64,000 bases of DNA, taken from positions 3,762 to 67,761 of the forward strand of contig JAJPKR010000028.1 in assembly GCA_021323595.1 (NCBI GenBank), read 5' to 3'. Source of the stretch: Terriglobia bacterium (GTDB taxonomy: Bacteria; Acidobacteriota; Terriglobia; Terriglobales; SCQP01). The notes beneath the pieces were generated by a model. It did not search any database. It was not told the DNA's origin and saw nothing but the letters and a program-made list of their open reading frames with translations. The position numbers and the translations under genes were made by a program. The first letter of the stretch is position 1, and each line of letters starts with the position of its first letter. This document shows positions 31,211 through 41,101 of this stretch, in pieces.

Positions 31211-32871
31211 AGCATTGGAATCGGCGGGAGTGGCTGGCGGCGGGGCTGGGATTTTGCGCCCTGCCGGCGTGGCGGCGCGCCGGCGCGCCCCTCGCGGCTG
31301 CCGGGCCGATTCGCTTTCGCAATGTCGCGGCGGAAGCCGGCCTGCGCTTCACGCTGGAAAATCACCCCACGCCCGACAAGTATCTGATCGAGACGATGCC
31401 CGGCGGCATTGCCGTCTTCGATTACAACAACGACGGCCGCCCGGACATCTTCTTCGCCAACGGCGCCGCCATCCCTTCGCTCGAAAAGAACGACCCCAAA
31501 TACTACAACCGCCTGTTTCGCAACGACGGTGGCATGAAATTCACCGATGTCACCGCCGAGGCCGGCCTTGCCGGCGCCGGCTATGCCATGGGCGCCGCCG
31601 CCGCCGACTACGACAACGACGGCCGCGTGGACCTGCTCGTGCCGGGCGTGTTCCGCACCACGTTATATCGCAATCTCGGCAACGGCCGCTTCGAAGACGT
31701 GACGGCCCGCGCCGGCATTCGCGGCGGGCAATGGTCGGTGGCGGCGGCCTGGTTCGACTATGACAACGACGGCTGGCTCGACCTGTTCGTCGCCAACTAC
31801 GCCAAGTTCTCGTTCGCCGACCATCGCTTCTGCGGCGACCGCGACCGCAACCTGCGCACCTATTGCCACCCCCGCTACTTCGAGGGGCTGACCGGCACGC
31901 TCTATCGCAATCGTGGCGACGGCACCTTCGAGGACGTGACCGCGCGCTCCGGCATCGGGGCACACGTGGGCCGGGGCATGAGCGCCGCCGTGGCCGACTA
32001 CGACGGCGACGGCTACCTCGATCTCTTCGTCACCAACGATAACCAGCCGAACTTCCTATTCCACAACCTCGGCGACGGCCGCTTCGAGGAAGCCGGCTTG
32101 CTCGCGGGCGTGGCGCTGGGCGACAACGGCGAGCCGGTGTCGAGCATGGGCGCCGAGTTTCGCGATTACGATAACGACGGCCGGCCGGACCTGGTGGTGA
32201 CGGATTTGGCGCGCGAGACCTTCCAGCTTTTTCGCAACCAGGGACATGGCCTCTTCGAAGACGCCCGCTATCGCAGCGGGCTGGGCGCGCTGAGCGCGCG
32301 GCTGAGCGGCTGGGGCGCCGGCCTCTACGATTTCGACAACGACGGCTGGAAGGACCTGTTCACCGCCAATTCCCACGTGGATAGCAACGTCTCCCGTTTC
32401 GAAGCCACGGTCTACGAGCAGCCCAACGCCATCTTCCGCAATACCCGCGATGGCCGCTTTGCCGACGTCAGCCGCGGCGCCGGCGCCGACTTCCAAGTGC
32501 CGCGCGCTCATCGCGGCGCCGCCTTCGCCGACTTCAACGGCGACGGGCGCATGGACGTCGTGACCTCCGCGCTCGGCGGCCCCGCCGAGCTTTGGGAGAA
32601 CGTCAGCCCCGGCGGCAATCATTGGATCATCGTCAAGCTGACCGGCACGCGCAGCAATCGCGACGGCATCGGCGCGACGATCCGCATCGGCGATCAAGTC
32701 AATCACATGACCAGCGCCGTCGGCTATGCCTCGTCCAGCCACGCCGGAGTGCATTTCGGGCTGGGGCGAAGCGCCAAGATCGCCGAGATCGAGATTCGCT
32801 GGCCGAGCGGCCGCCGCCAGGTGCTGCGCGACGTCGCCGCCGACCAAGTGCTCCCCGTGCGCGAACCGTAG
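31207..32871 (+). CDS. CRTAC1 / ASPIC-UnbV family FG-GAP (VCBS) repeat protein
   Basis: GTG start overlapping the upstream stop (GTGA), with a leader NRREWLAAGLGF. Seven D-[YF]-[DN]-x-DG-x-x-D repeats (FDYNNDGRPDIFFANG, DYDNDGRVDLLV, DYDNDGWLDLFVANY, DYDGDGYLDLFVTND, DYDNDGRPDLVVTD, DFDNDGWKDLFTAN, DFNGDGRMDVVT). The C-terminal UnbV_ASPIC-like segment is NHWIIVKLTGTRSNRDGIGATIRI...IEIRWPSG. Confidence 0.88.
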   Translation: MKHWNRREWLAAGLGFCALPAWRRAGAPLAAAGPIRFRNVAAEAGLRFTLENHPTPDKYLIETMPGGIAVFDYNNDGRPDIFFANGAAIPSLEKNDPKYYNRLFRNDGGMKFTDVTAEAGLAGAGYAMGAAAADYDNDGRVDLLVPGVFRTTLYRNLGNGRFEDVTARAGIRGGQWSVAAAWFDYDNDGWLDLFVANYAKFSFADHRFCGDRDRNLRTYCHPRYFEGLTGTLYRNRGDGTFEDVTARSGIGAHVGRGMSAAVADYDGDGYLDLFVTNDNQPNFLFHNLGDGRFEEAGLLAGVALGDNGEPVSSMGAEFRDYDNDGRPDLVVTDLARETFQLFRNQGHGLFEDARYRSGLGALSARLSGWGAGLYDFDNDGWKDLFTANSHVDSNVSRFEATVYEQPNAIFRNTRDGRFADVSRGAGADFQVPRAHRGAAFADFNGDGRMDVVTSALGGPAELWENVSPGGNHWIIVKLTGTRSNRDGIGATIRIGDQVNHMTSAVGYASSSHAGVHFGLGRSAKIAEIEIRWPSGRRQVLRDVAADQVLPVREP

Positions 32872-32891
32872 CCGCCCGCCGCTGGGCGCGG

Positions 32892-34406
32892 TTAGGGCTG
32901 CGGCGGCAAGATCTGCACCTGCGCCTGCGCGGTTTGCTGGGCGCTTTCGGCGGCTTGATGAAGCCGCTGGTACTCGCGCAGGGCCGCCTGCGCCGCTTGC
33001 GTCGCGCCGCCGGCCTGATAGGCTCGCGCCAATTGGTAATGCAAGCTGCCGTCTTCGTCGAGCGGCAGCGCGGCTTTCAGGTGCGGAATCGCCAATTTCG
33101 TTTGCCCCGTCTCGAGATACGCTTCCGCCAGCGCGCGCTGCGCGTCGGCGAGCGCGGGATCGGCGCGCAAGCTGGCCGCGAGCAGCGGAATTGCGCGCTG
33201 GGGCTGCTGCTGCTGGAGGCGGATATAACCGAGCAGGAAGCTCAGTTGCGGCGAATCCGGCTGCTGCCGGCGCAGCGTCTCGAGTAACGGCCCGGCGTCG
33301 GCAAAATCATGCAGCTGCATCCAGGCCATGGCTAATTGCGTGCCGATGGCCGGATCATGGCCGGAGCGCTCGTACGCGGCCCGCCATTCCGCGGCTGCTT
33401 GGGCGTAATCCAAGGCATTGGCGTGGAGCGTCGCCAGCAGCTCATGCCGCTCGGCTGAGTCGGGAAAGTCGCCCAATCGGGCGAACGCTTGCATCGCAAG
33501 CCGATCGGCGGCCCGCGCGCGCCAGTACAGCGCGGCCGGGGTCGCGGCGGTGGCTGCGAGGATCCGGTCGTAGCTGCCGGCCTGATAGGCGCAGGCCAAC
33601 GGCTGCCGTTCGCAGGCGCTCCCATCGAGCGGGCGCTCGCGCGCCGCTTCCGCCGCCGCCCAGTCGGCGTGGCCGCTCTGCCGGTAAATGGCGGCTACGG
33701 CGGCGTGGAGGCCGGGCAAGCCCGGCAGTTTGGTCTGCGCCTGACGATAGAGGTAAAACGCGCCGCTGAGCTGGCCGGCCTTGGCGCGCGCGCCGGCGGC
33801 GAGCGCCAGCCAGTACGCCGAGCCGGGCGCGGCTCGGCCCAGCCGGTCGAAGGCCTGTTGCGCGATCGCGGCATAGCTGCGCCCGAGCCCGTACCAGGCC
33901 GCCGCGGTGCCCGGACCGTTGCCGATCGAACGGCGATACTCCGCGGCCGCCTCGCCACCGCGGCCGAGCTCGAGCAGCGCCGCCGCCAAGCTCTGGCGCG
34001 CCGCAGCCTCCTCCGGCTTGGCCCGCAATACCGCCCGCAGCAGCGGCACGGCGGCGGCGGGACGCCCCAGGCTCAGCTCGGCATTCCCCAAATACAACCG
34101 CGCCGGCAGCGAATCGGGATCGAGCGCCAGACTGCGGCGCAGGACTGCCGCCGCTTCGCGCTCGCGGCCGGCCATGTGCAAGGCCAAACCCAGATCGAAG
34201 GCTAATCCGGAGTTATCGGGTAAGGCCCGCGTCAGCGCGCGATACAGCGGAATGGCGCGATCAAACTGCCCTGCCGCCATGAATTCGCGGGCTTGATGCG
34301 ACTGTTCGGCGAGCGAATCGGCGCCGCTCTGGCCCGCGGTGGCCGCGCCGGATAAAACGCCAGCCAACACCGCCGCCGCGAATGCCGCCCTGAGCGCCAA
34401 CCGCAT
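32892..34406 (-). CDS. Secreted TPR repeat protein
   Basis: Signal peptide MRLALRAAFAAAVLAGVLSGAATA, followed by more than 10 TPR-like units. Confidence 0.8.
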   Translation of the reverse strand: MRLALRAAFAAAVLAGVLSGAATAGQSGADSLAEQSHQAREFMAAGQFDRAIPLYRALTRALPDNSGLAFDLGLALHMAGREREAAAVLRRSLALDPDSLPARLYLGNAELSLGRPAAAVPLLRAVLRAKPEEAAARQSLAAALLELGRGGEAAAEYRRSIGNGPGTAAAWYGLGRSYAAIAQQAFDRLGRAAPGSAYWLALAAGARAKAGQLSGAFYLYRQAQTKLPGLPGLHAAVAAIYRQSGHADWAAAEAARERPLDGSACERQPLACAYQAGSYDRILAATAATPAALYWRARAADRLAMQAFARLGDFPDSAERHELLATLHANALDYAQAAAEWRAAYERSGHDPAIGTQLAMAWMQLHDFADAGPLLETLRRQQPDSPQLSFLLGYIRLQQQQPQRAIPLLAASLRADPALADAQRALAEAYLETGQTKLAIPHLKAALPLDEDGSLHYQLARAYQAGGATQAAQAALREYQRLHQAAESAQQTAQAQVQILPPQP

Positions 34407-34482
34407 GGCCCAAGAATAGGCGATTTCGACCGCGCCGCCGCAGGGTAACGCGCGGCGGCGCGATCGCTGCCCGAACTTGGCG

Positions 34483-37400
34483 TTAGAAGCTCAACTGCGC
34501 TCCCAACTGCACCAAACGTTCGCCGTAGGTGGAAAAGATCTGGCCGAAGCTGCCGGCGCAAACGCCGTTCCGGATGGAGCACGTCGTACCGGGATTGTTC
34601 CAGTGCGGCGTGTTGGTCAGGTTCTGCGCCTCCGCTCTGGCCTCCAAATCGTATTTCTCACCCACCCGGAAATGGCGGAACAGGCTGAAATCGAGCTGCG
34701 CCAATCCCGGCCCGCGCAGCCAGGATAAGCCGCGCCCCGAGGTGCCGAACTGCGCCGTCGTGACCGGCGTGAACGCGTTGGTATTGAACCAGAATTGGCC
34801 CGGCCCCCGGCCGTGCGAGACTTGCAGCGGCCCGGTGAAATTGGGATCGGCCGCGGTCCAGGGAGTGTTGAGGTAGAGCGACGTTTGGCCGATGGTGAGC
34901 GGCGCGCCGTTCATCCAGGTGAAGATGCCGTTCACTTGCCAGCCGCCCAGCACCTTGCTCGCGGCGCCGGTGTTGGCCCACCTCTTGCCGCCGCCGAACG
35001 GCAGTTCGTAGACATACGCCATCTCCAGCATGTGGGTGTGATCGAAGCTCGGAGCGCCGCGATTCAGTCCCATACAGCCTTGCGGCATCGACGGCGACGA
35101 CGGGCAGTTGAACCGCAGGCCGTTTTCCCAGCCTTCGTCGTCCACGTAGCTGATGGCGTGGGAATAGGTGTACGCGCCCTGCAAGAAGAGGCCGGTCGTG
35201 ACGTGGCGATTGAGCGAAACCTGCAGGGAGTTGTAGTGCGAATCCAGATAGCCTTGGAACGCGTAGGTGTCGGCCGTGCGCCCGAAGGCGGCGTAGAGCG
35301 GCTGGCCGTTGGCGCCGCTGTTGAAGGGCGCCGCGTTCAGTTCCTGGCCATTGAACTCGTGCACGAAGTGATTGCCGACGTAGGCGACGTTGAGAAGAAT
35401 CTGGCTCGGCAGCTTCTTCTCCACCGCGAAGTTCCAAGACTCCACGTAGCCGCGATGGAACTCGCCGGGCGCCAGCGTGCCGATGGTCACGTCCGGAGGC
35501 GGCGTGATCGCGCCGGTGGAGATGCCGGCCGGCGGTTGAATGAGCGGCACGCCCTCGGCCAGCCCGGGAATGGCGTTGGCGGCGTTGGCGGTGGCGTTGA
35601 AATTGGCGTATGGCAAGAAGCGCGTGATCGCGCTGTTGCCGGAGACGAAATCGTCGGCGCCGATGGTCAGCGGATAGAAGCCGCGCAGCGGGCGCTCGAG
35701 CGGCAGCGTGTCGTAGCTGACGCCGAAGCCGGTGCGCACCACCGTGCTGTCGTTGAACTGATAGGCGAAGCCGACGCGCGGCGAAAACAGCTTCTTGCTG
35801 CTGGTCACCCCCAGGTGCGTGGGGTTGCCGCCGATGCCGCCCAGCTTGAGGATGTTGGTTGCCGGATCGTAGAGCTCGAATTTATCGATGCCGTCGCGCG
35901 TGATCAGCGGGAAATATTCCCAGCGCACGCCGAGATTCGCGGTCAACCGCGGCGTGAGGGTCCAGCGGTCGCCGACGTAGAGCGCCGTCTGCCAATCCTT
36001 GTTCGTGGCCTTGATGTATTGCTGGCCGTTCTGAACCTCGTTCGACAAACCAAGATCGAACTCGGCCACGCCGTTCCAGGGGTTGGAATCGAAGCCCACC
36101 GGCGTCAGCGTGCCGCCGCTGCTGGTGTACACCGTCTGGGTGGCGCTGGCCGGATCGAGGGGGTTCGACGGCAGGTTCAAGAAAGTATTGTCGTCGGCGG
36201 TGCTGACGAAGCCGCGCGGGCAGCAGACGATTTCCGGCTGCCAGTGGTTCATGTGATTGTGAGCGGCGTCAAACCCGAAGGAGATCTCGTGCGCGCCGCG
36301 CACCCAGCTCACGTTTTCATCCAGAGTCACCGACCAGTCATTGCGCTGCACCGGCTCCCAGGAGGCGGCCGTTCCCAGCGTGGTGAAATCGCTGATTTGA
36401 ATGCCCGGCATGCCGCTGTAGCGCTTGTCGTTGGTGGGGGTGTTGCTGTTCACCAAGCCCAGCACCGATTGCCCGAGATCTTGCCCATAGTCGGGCAGAT
36501 GGTTCTCCTCGCTCATGCGCGTGAAGCCGATATGCCCGGTCAGAACCATGTTGGGTGACGCGGTGTAGTTATCACCCAGCGTGACCATCTGCGCCACGTC
36601 GTTGGTGAGGCCGGTCCCGCCGCCCTGGCCGGCGATCCCGTAATCGGAGCCGTCGTTGAGCCGGGCGCGCTGCATGGTGTACTTGAGCCAAACCTGCTGC
36701 CGGTCGCTGGGATAGTAATCCGTCCGCAGGGTGTAGATGTTGCGGTTCCAAGCCTGATGGCGGAGCTGAATGTCGTTGAAGGGCGTATCGATCGTGAACG
36801 GCACGTTCTGGTTGGGCGCCGACAGCAGCTTCCAGTAGTTGAGCGCGCCGGCGTACATGCGGTTGGCCGGGATCACGTTCAGCTTGCCGCCGGAGGAGAA
36901 CACGCAGCGGCCGGTGCCGGACGTGGGATCGCCGGTCGTGGGGTCGAAGACCATGCCTTCTTGCAACTGCACGGTCGCCCCCTCGGTGGTGCAGACGTTG
37001 ATGGGAGCGCCCGCCGAATTGTAGAGCGGCGCGCCGAGATAGGCGGAAAAGTCCCCCGTGCGCATGTCCGTCGGCGGGATCAGGTTCTCGTCGATGGGCT
37101 GCTGCCGCTGGAAGTAGCCGTCCCAGTTGCCGAAGTAGAACAGCTTGTGCTGGACGATGGGGCCGCCGACGGTGAACCCGTCGTTGTTGCGAATGTTCTG
37201 CGGCCGCGGCCCGGCGGGGGCGAACAGGTTCTTCGCGTCGAGCGCTTGGTCGGTATGGTAGCCGTACAGCGAGACGTGGAACTGATCGGAGCCGGATTTG
37301 GTGACGACATCGGTCGCCGCCCCCGCGGTCAGGCCCTTCTGCACGTTGTAGGTCGCGGTCTGCACGTTGACCTCTTCCACGCTCGCCGCCGGGGGCACGA

Positions 37401-38094
37401 TCACCATGTGATCCGGCAGCCAGAGGAAGATGTCGGTCGCGCCATCCACCCGCGTGGTATTGGCATGCGTCGGCAGGCCGTTGGTGTTGATGTCGAAGGA
37501 GCGGTCGGGCGTGTCGGCGATGGAGTTGGGGTAGCTATTGCGAATGCCCGAGGTCGAGTACACGCCCGGGGTCAACAGCTCCAGCGTTTGGAAGTTGTGG
37601 TAAACGTTCAGCGGCAGATTTTGCACCGCGTAGGTGCTGATCGTGGTGTGGACGTCGGTCTGTTGCGTTTGCAGCACCGCCGCCGAGCCCTGCACCGTGA
37701 CCTCTTGGCGCACCCCGCCCACCTGCAACTGGAAGTCTTGTTCATTGACCTGGCCGATGACGATCAAGACCCCCGTCTTCTTCACCGCCTGGAAACCCTG
37801 GACGGTCACGGTAACCGTGTAGGTTCCTGCCGGCAGGTCCGGGAAGCGATATTGCCCGCTGGGATTGGTCTTGGTCTGCCGCTGGATGCCGGTCGCGACG
37901 TTGCTGACCGTGATCTGTGCATTGGGCAAGGCGGCGCCGCTCTTATCCGTAACCGTGCCGGCGACCGAGCCGTACAACACTTGTGCGCTCGCTGGCGGCG
38001 AAACGAAAGCAAACGCTAATGCCATCGCCAGACACAGCGAAGACCACGTCACCCGAGATCGCGCGTTCATACACGACCCTCCTGGGTTCGGCAA
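34483..38094 (-). CDS. TonB-dependent outer-membrane receptor with N-terminal carboxypeptidase-regulatory-like domain
   Basis: Signal peptide (the likely true start is MNARSRV at about 38070). CarboxypepD_reg module GSVAGTVTDKSGAALPNAQITVSNVATGIQRQTKTNPSGQYRFPDLPAGTYTVTV, a long beta-barrel and a terminal aromatic residue (...GAQLSF). Confidence 0.9.
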   Translation of the reverse strand: MPNPGGSCMNARSRVTWSSLCLAMALAFAFVSPPASAQVLYGSVAGTVTDKSGAALPNAQITVSNVATGIQRQTKTNPSGQYRFPDLPAGTYTVTVTVQGFQAVKKTGVLIVIGQVNEQDFQLQVGGVRQEVTVQGSAAVLQTQQTDVHTTISTYAVQNLPLNVYHNFQTLELLTPGVYSTSGIRNSYPNSIADTPDRSFDINTNGLPTHANTTRVDGATDIFLWLPDHMVIVPPAASVEEVNVQTATYNVQKGLTAGAATDVVTKSGSDQFHVSLYGYHTDQALDAKNLFAPAGPRPQNIRNNDGFTVGGPIVQHKLFYFGNWDGYFQRQQPIDENLIPPTDMRTGDFSAYLGAPLYNSAGAPINVCTTEGATVQLQEGMVFDPTTGDPTSGTGRCVFSSGGKLNVIPANRMYAGALNYWKLLSAPNQNVPFTIDTPFNDIQLRHQAWNRNIYTLRTDYYPSDRQQVWLKYTMQRARLNDGSDYGIAGQGGGTGLTNDVAQMVTLGDNYTASPNMVLTGHIGFTRMSEENHLPDYGQDLGQSVLGLVNSNTPTNDKRYSGMPGIQISDFTTLGTAASWEPVQRNDWSVTLDENVSWVRGAHEISFGFDAAHNHMNHWQPEIVCCPRGFVSTADDNTFLNLPSNPLDPASATQTVYTSSGGTLTPVGFDSNPWNGVAEFDLGLSNEVQNGQQYIKATNKDWQTALYVGDRWTLTPRLTANLGVRWEYFPLITRDGIDKFELYDPATNILKLGGIGGNPTHLGVTSSKKLFSPRVGFAYQFNDSTVVRTGFGVSYDTLPLERPLRGFYPLTIGADDFVSGNSAITRFLPYANFNATANAANAIPGLAEGVPLIQPPAGISTGAITPPPDVTIGTLAPGEFHRGYVESWNFAVEKKLPSQILLNVAYVGNHFVHEFNGQELNAAPFNSGANGQPLYAAFGRTADTYAFQGYLDSHYNSLQVSLNRHVTTGLFLQGAYTYSHAISYVDDEGWENGLRFNCPSSPSMPQGCMGLNRGAPSFDHTHMLEMAYVYELPFGGGKRWANTGAASKVLGGWQVNGIFTWMNGAPLTIGQTSLYLNTPWTAADPNFTGPLQVSHGRGPGQFWFNTNAFTPVTTAQFGTSGRGLSWLRGPGLAQLDFSLFRHFRVGEKYDLEARAEAQNLTNTPHWNNPGTTCSIRNGVCAGSFGQIFSTYGERLVQLGAQLSF

Positions 38095-38164
38095 GTTAGT
38101 GCAAAATGTCTCATTCTGTCAAGTGCTTTCGAAAAGTTTTTCTTTTTGACGAACGGGGTAGGCC

Positions 38165-38992
38165 GTGAGCGGAGCCGCCGATCCCGGCGCCGCCGAGGGC
38201 GCTATGCTAGCGGGCGTGTCCGGCGAGAGCAATTTGCTCAATGAAGAGCGCCGCCGCGCCATCTTGGCGATGGTGCGCCGCGACGGAAGGGTGCTGGTCA
38301 ATACGGTCGCCGAGCGGTTCGGCGTCTCCCCGGTGACTGCGCGCAATGACCTGCTGGCGCTGCACAAGCGGGGGCTGGTGCAGCGGGTGCATGGCGGCGC
38401 CATTTCGGTCGGTTTTACCGCCGCCGATCCGGCGCTGAGGCAGAAGGCGGCGCTGCATGGCCGCGAAAAGGCGGCAATCGCGCAAGCCGCCGCCAAGCTG
38501 GTGCAGGCGGGGGAAACCATCGTGCTCGACTCCGGCTCGACGACCATGGAGATCGCCAAGCAGTTGCGCAAGATCACGCCGCTCACGGTGGTGACGAACG
38601 CCGTGAACATCGCTGAAACCCTCGCCGGCAGCGAGGTCGAAGTCGTGCTGACCGGCGGCACCCTGCGCGAGAATTCCTTTTCGCTGGTCGGACCGCTGGC
38701 GGAGGAAACGCTGGCTCAGCTCAACGCCGACCGCCTGTTTCTGGGCGTGGATGGAATCGATACGCTGCGTGGCGTGACCACGCCCAACCTGCTCGAAGCC
38801 AAGGTCAACCGCGTGATGATCTCGATCGCCCGCGAGGTCGTGGTGGTCAGCGATTCCTCGAAGTTCGGCCGCCGCAGCCTCTGCCATATCGCGCCGCTGC
38901 GCGCCCTGCACCGCCTGATCACCGATCGCGGCATCCCGCCCGCCGACCTCAAGCGTCTGCGCGAGGCGGGCGTGGAGGTCACCCTGGTCTAA
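38165..38992 (+). CDS. DeoR/GlpR family transcriptional regulator
   Basis: N-terminal HTH EERRRAILAMVRRDGRVLVNTVAERFGVSPVTARNDLLALHKRGLVQRVHGGA, and a C-terminal DeoR sugar-phosphate sensor domain (IVLDSGSTT, LFLGVDGI). Confidence 0.88.
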   Translation: MSGAADPGAAEGAMLAGVSGESNLLNEERRRAILAMVRRDGRVLVNTVAERFGVSPVTARNDLLALHKRGLVQRVHGGAISVGFTAADPALRQKAALHGREKAAIAQAAAKLVQAGETIVLDSGSTTMEIAKQLRKITPLTVVTNAVNIAETLAGSEVEVVLTGGTLRENSFSLVGPLAEETLAQLNADRLFLGVDGIDTLRGVTTPNLLEAKVNRVMISIAREVVVVSDSSKFGRRSLCHIAPLRALHRLITDRGIPPADLKRLREAGVEVTLV

Positions 38993-39900
38993 GGGCGTCG
39001 CGCGGCGGCCAGATGCGCCAGCCGCTCCCGCAAGCGCTCGCCGGCGGGACCGGCGAAGGCGGCGGTGCCGCCGAGCGCCCCGCAAGCGGCGGCGGCGCAG
39101 CGCGCGGCGAAGGCCAGCGCGGTCGGCAACGGCAAACCGCGCAGCCGCGCGGCGACGAAGCCGGCATCGAAGCTGTCGCCCGCGCCGGTGGTTTCGAGCG
39201 TGCGCGCGCGGAAGGCCGGCACCCGCAGCCGCTGCGTCCCTTGGCGATATTCGGCGCCCCGGCCGCCGCGCTTGACGATGACCGCGCCCGCCGCGTTGCC
39301 GCCCACCCCCGCGGCTTCGCGTTCATTCGGCAAGAAGTAATCCGTGGCCGCCAGCGCGGCGTGAATGCCCGAGCCGTACCGCAGCGACGGATCGGGATTG
39401 GGGTCGAGCGAGGTGCTGAGGCCGAGACGGCGCGCCCGGCGCAGCAGCGCCGGCGCCTGCGGCTGCAAGCGGGTGAGCAGGAAATACGAGGCGATATGCA
39501 GATGGCGCGCGCGCGCGAGCCAGGGCGCCACCTGCGCGGCGCTGGTTTCGGCAAGCGCGCCGGGAAAGGTCAGCAGCGCCTTCTCGCGCCGGCCGCGCGG
39601 TTGCAAGCCCACCGTCAGACCCGTGGGGCGGCGGCTGCGCCGCACCGGCGCAATTTCCACGCCCGCGCCCTGCAGCTGCGCCAGCAGCCAATCGCCCAGC
39701 GCATCCTGGCCCACCACCGCAACCAGCGCGACCCGCAATCCCAGGCGCGCGGCGTTATGGGCGAAGATCCCCGCCGAGCCGCCGATCGTCAGCAGCCCCT
39801 GGCGCGCCAGCCTCTCGCGCCCCAGCGCCGGCCAATCCACGTCGGTCAAGATCAGGTCGGCGTTGAGATCGCCGGCCGCGATGAGGTCGTATGGCGCCAT
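38989..39900 (-). CDS. PfkB-family carbohydrate (sugar/sugar-phosphate) kinase
   Basis: N-terminal GDLNADL/GGSAG motifs and the C-terminal PfkB signature TTGAGDSFDAGF. Confidence 0.88.
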   Translation of the reverse strand: MAPYDLIAAGDLNADLILTDVDWPALGRERLARQGLLTIGGSAGIFAHNAARLGLRVALVAVVGQDALGDWLLAQLQGAGVEIAPVRRSRRPTGLTVGLQPRGRREKALLTFPGALAETSAAQVAPWLARARHLHIASYFLLTRLQPQAPALLRRARRLGLSTSLDPNPDPSLRYGSGIHAALAATDYFLPNEREAAGVGGNAAGAVIVKRGGRGAEYRQGTQRLRVPAFRARTLETTGAGDSFDAGFVAARLRGLPLPTALAFAARCAAAACGALGGTAAFAGPAGERLRERLAHLAAARRP

Positions 39901-39909
39901 TCCAGCGCC

Positions 39910-40938
39910 CTACTCCAGGCTGACGTCGACCACGGCGGAGAGGGCGCGCGGGCGGTCGGCATCCACGGCTTTCGCCCGCGCCCGCGTCAGCGCCAGCCAT
40001 TGGCAGGGCAGAATGTAGAGGGGCAGGCGCCGGTATAGCTCGAGACCGCTCGACAGGGAAAAGTCGCCGCCCGTTTCGTCGATCTGCCAGGTGGCCGCGC
40101 CCAATTCCTTCAATTCGCTCAACAGCGGCCGCTCCCACTCTCGCGAGTTTTCGCTCGACAACAGCACGACGGCGGTCCGCTCCCCCACCACGCTCTTCGG
40201 CCCGTGGCGCTCTTCGAGCGAGTGAAAGGCTTCGGAGGTGGAGAGCGACATCTCTTTCATCTTGAGTGACGCTTCGCGGGCCAGGCCGAAGAGCGGCCCC
40301 TGCCCCAGGAATACGAACTCGGCGGGACCGCTGCGCAGCCAGCTCGCCGCCAGGGCGGCGAACCGCCGCAGCACGTCTTCGCCGGCGGCCACGAGCGGCT
40401 CCATGGACTGGGGTGCGACGCCGGCGAAGACCAGCAGCGCCACCAGCATCGTCGTGAACGAGCGGGTCATGACCACGCTCTCGTCGAAGCCCTCGGGAAA
40501 AACGTAGACTTGCGTCGCGTGCGCGGCCAAATCGCTGGCTTCGCAGCAAGTGAAAACGTGTACCTGGCCCCGCGGCAGCGCCATGCAGCGCTCCGCCGCC
40601 TTGACCACCTCGCTGGTCGCGCCCGAGCGCGACACCATGACAAAGCGGTCGTCCCGGTCAGCCCGCAGATACAGTTCCGGATACAGCAGCAGTTCCGACG
40701 CGGGCACGGCGCGCGATTCCCCGCCCGCCAAAACCCGCCACGCCGCCGCCGCCGCTTCGGCGAGATAGTAGGAAGTGCCGCAGCCCACGAAAAACGTGAC
40801 ACCGGCGGGCGCTTGCCCCGTCGTGCGCCAGAACGGCAGATAGTCGCCGCAGCGCTCCAACGCCGCGCGCCAGACCCGCGGCTGCGAAAGGATCTCCGCT
40901 TCCGTCAGCCGGCCCAAGATGGAGGCGCTTTCGATCAA
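39910..40938 (-). CDS. Tandem-SIS-domain sugar-phosphate isomerase/deaminase (AgaS / FrlB / GlmS C-terminal-like)
   Basis: FVGCGTSYY and VSRSGATSE in SIS domain 1; a second SIS with FLGQGPLFGLAREASLKMKE. It ends 9 nt upstream of the kinase gene. Confidence 0.85.
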   Translation of the reverse strand: MIESASILGRLTEAEILSQPRVWRAALERCGDYLPFWRTTGQAPAGVTFFVGCGTSYYLAEAAAAAWRVLAGGESRAVPASELLLYPELYLRADRDDRFVMVSRSGATSEVVKAAERCMALPRGQVHVFTCCEASDLAAHATQVYVFPEGFDESVVMTRSFTTMLVALLVFAGVAPQSMEPLVAAGEDVLRRFAALAASWLRSGPAEFVFLGQGPLFGLAREASLKMKEMSLSTSEAFHSLEERHGPKSVVGERTAVVLLSSENSREWERPLLSELKELGAATWQIDETGGDFSLSSGLELYRRLPLYILPCQWLALTRARAKAVDADRPRALSAVVDVSLE

Positions 40939-41101
40939 TATAATTTATTTTCGGCAAGCCCAACGCAAATCGTCAACCGAAATCGAACGCAACGATCGAT
41001 TGAAGCAACGCTCGGCGCGCGCCCGGCAATCGTCCCGGCGGCCGGTCTTGCCCCTGCCTGGAAAGCCCGCCGGCGGAAGGACCGCGCCCGCGCCGGCGCG
41101 G

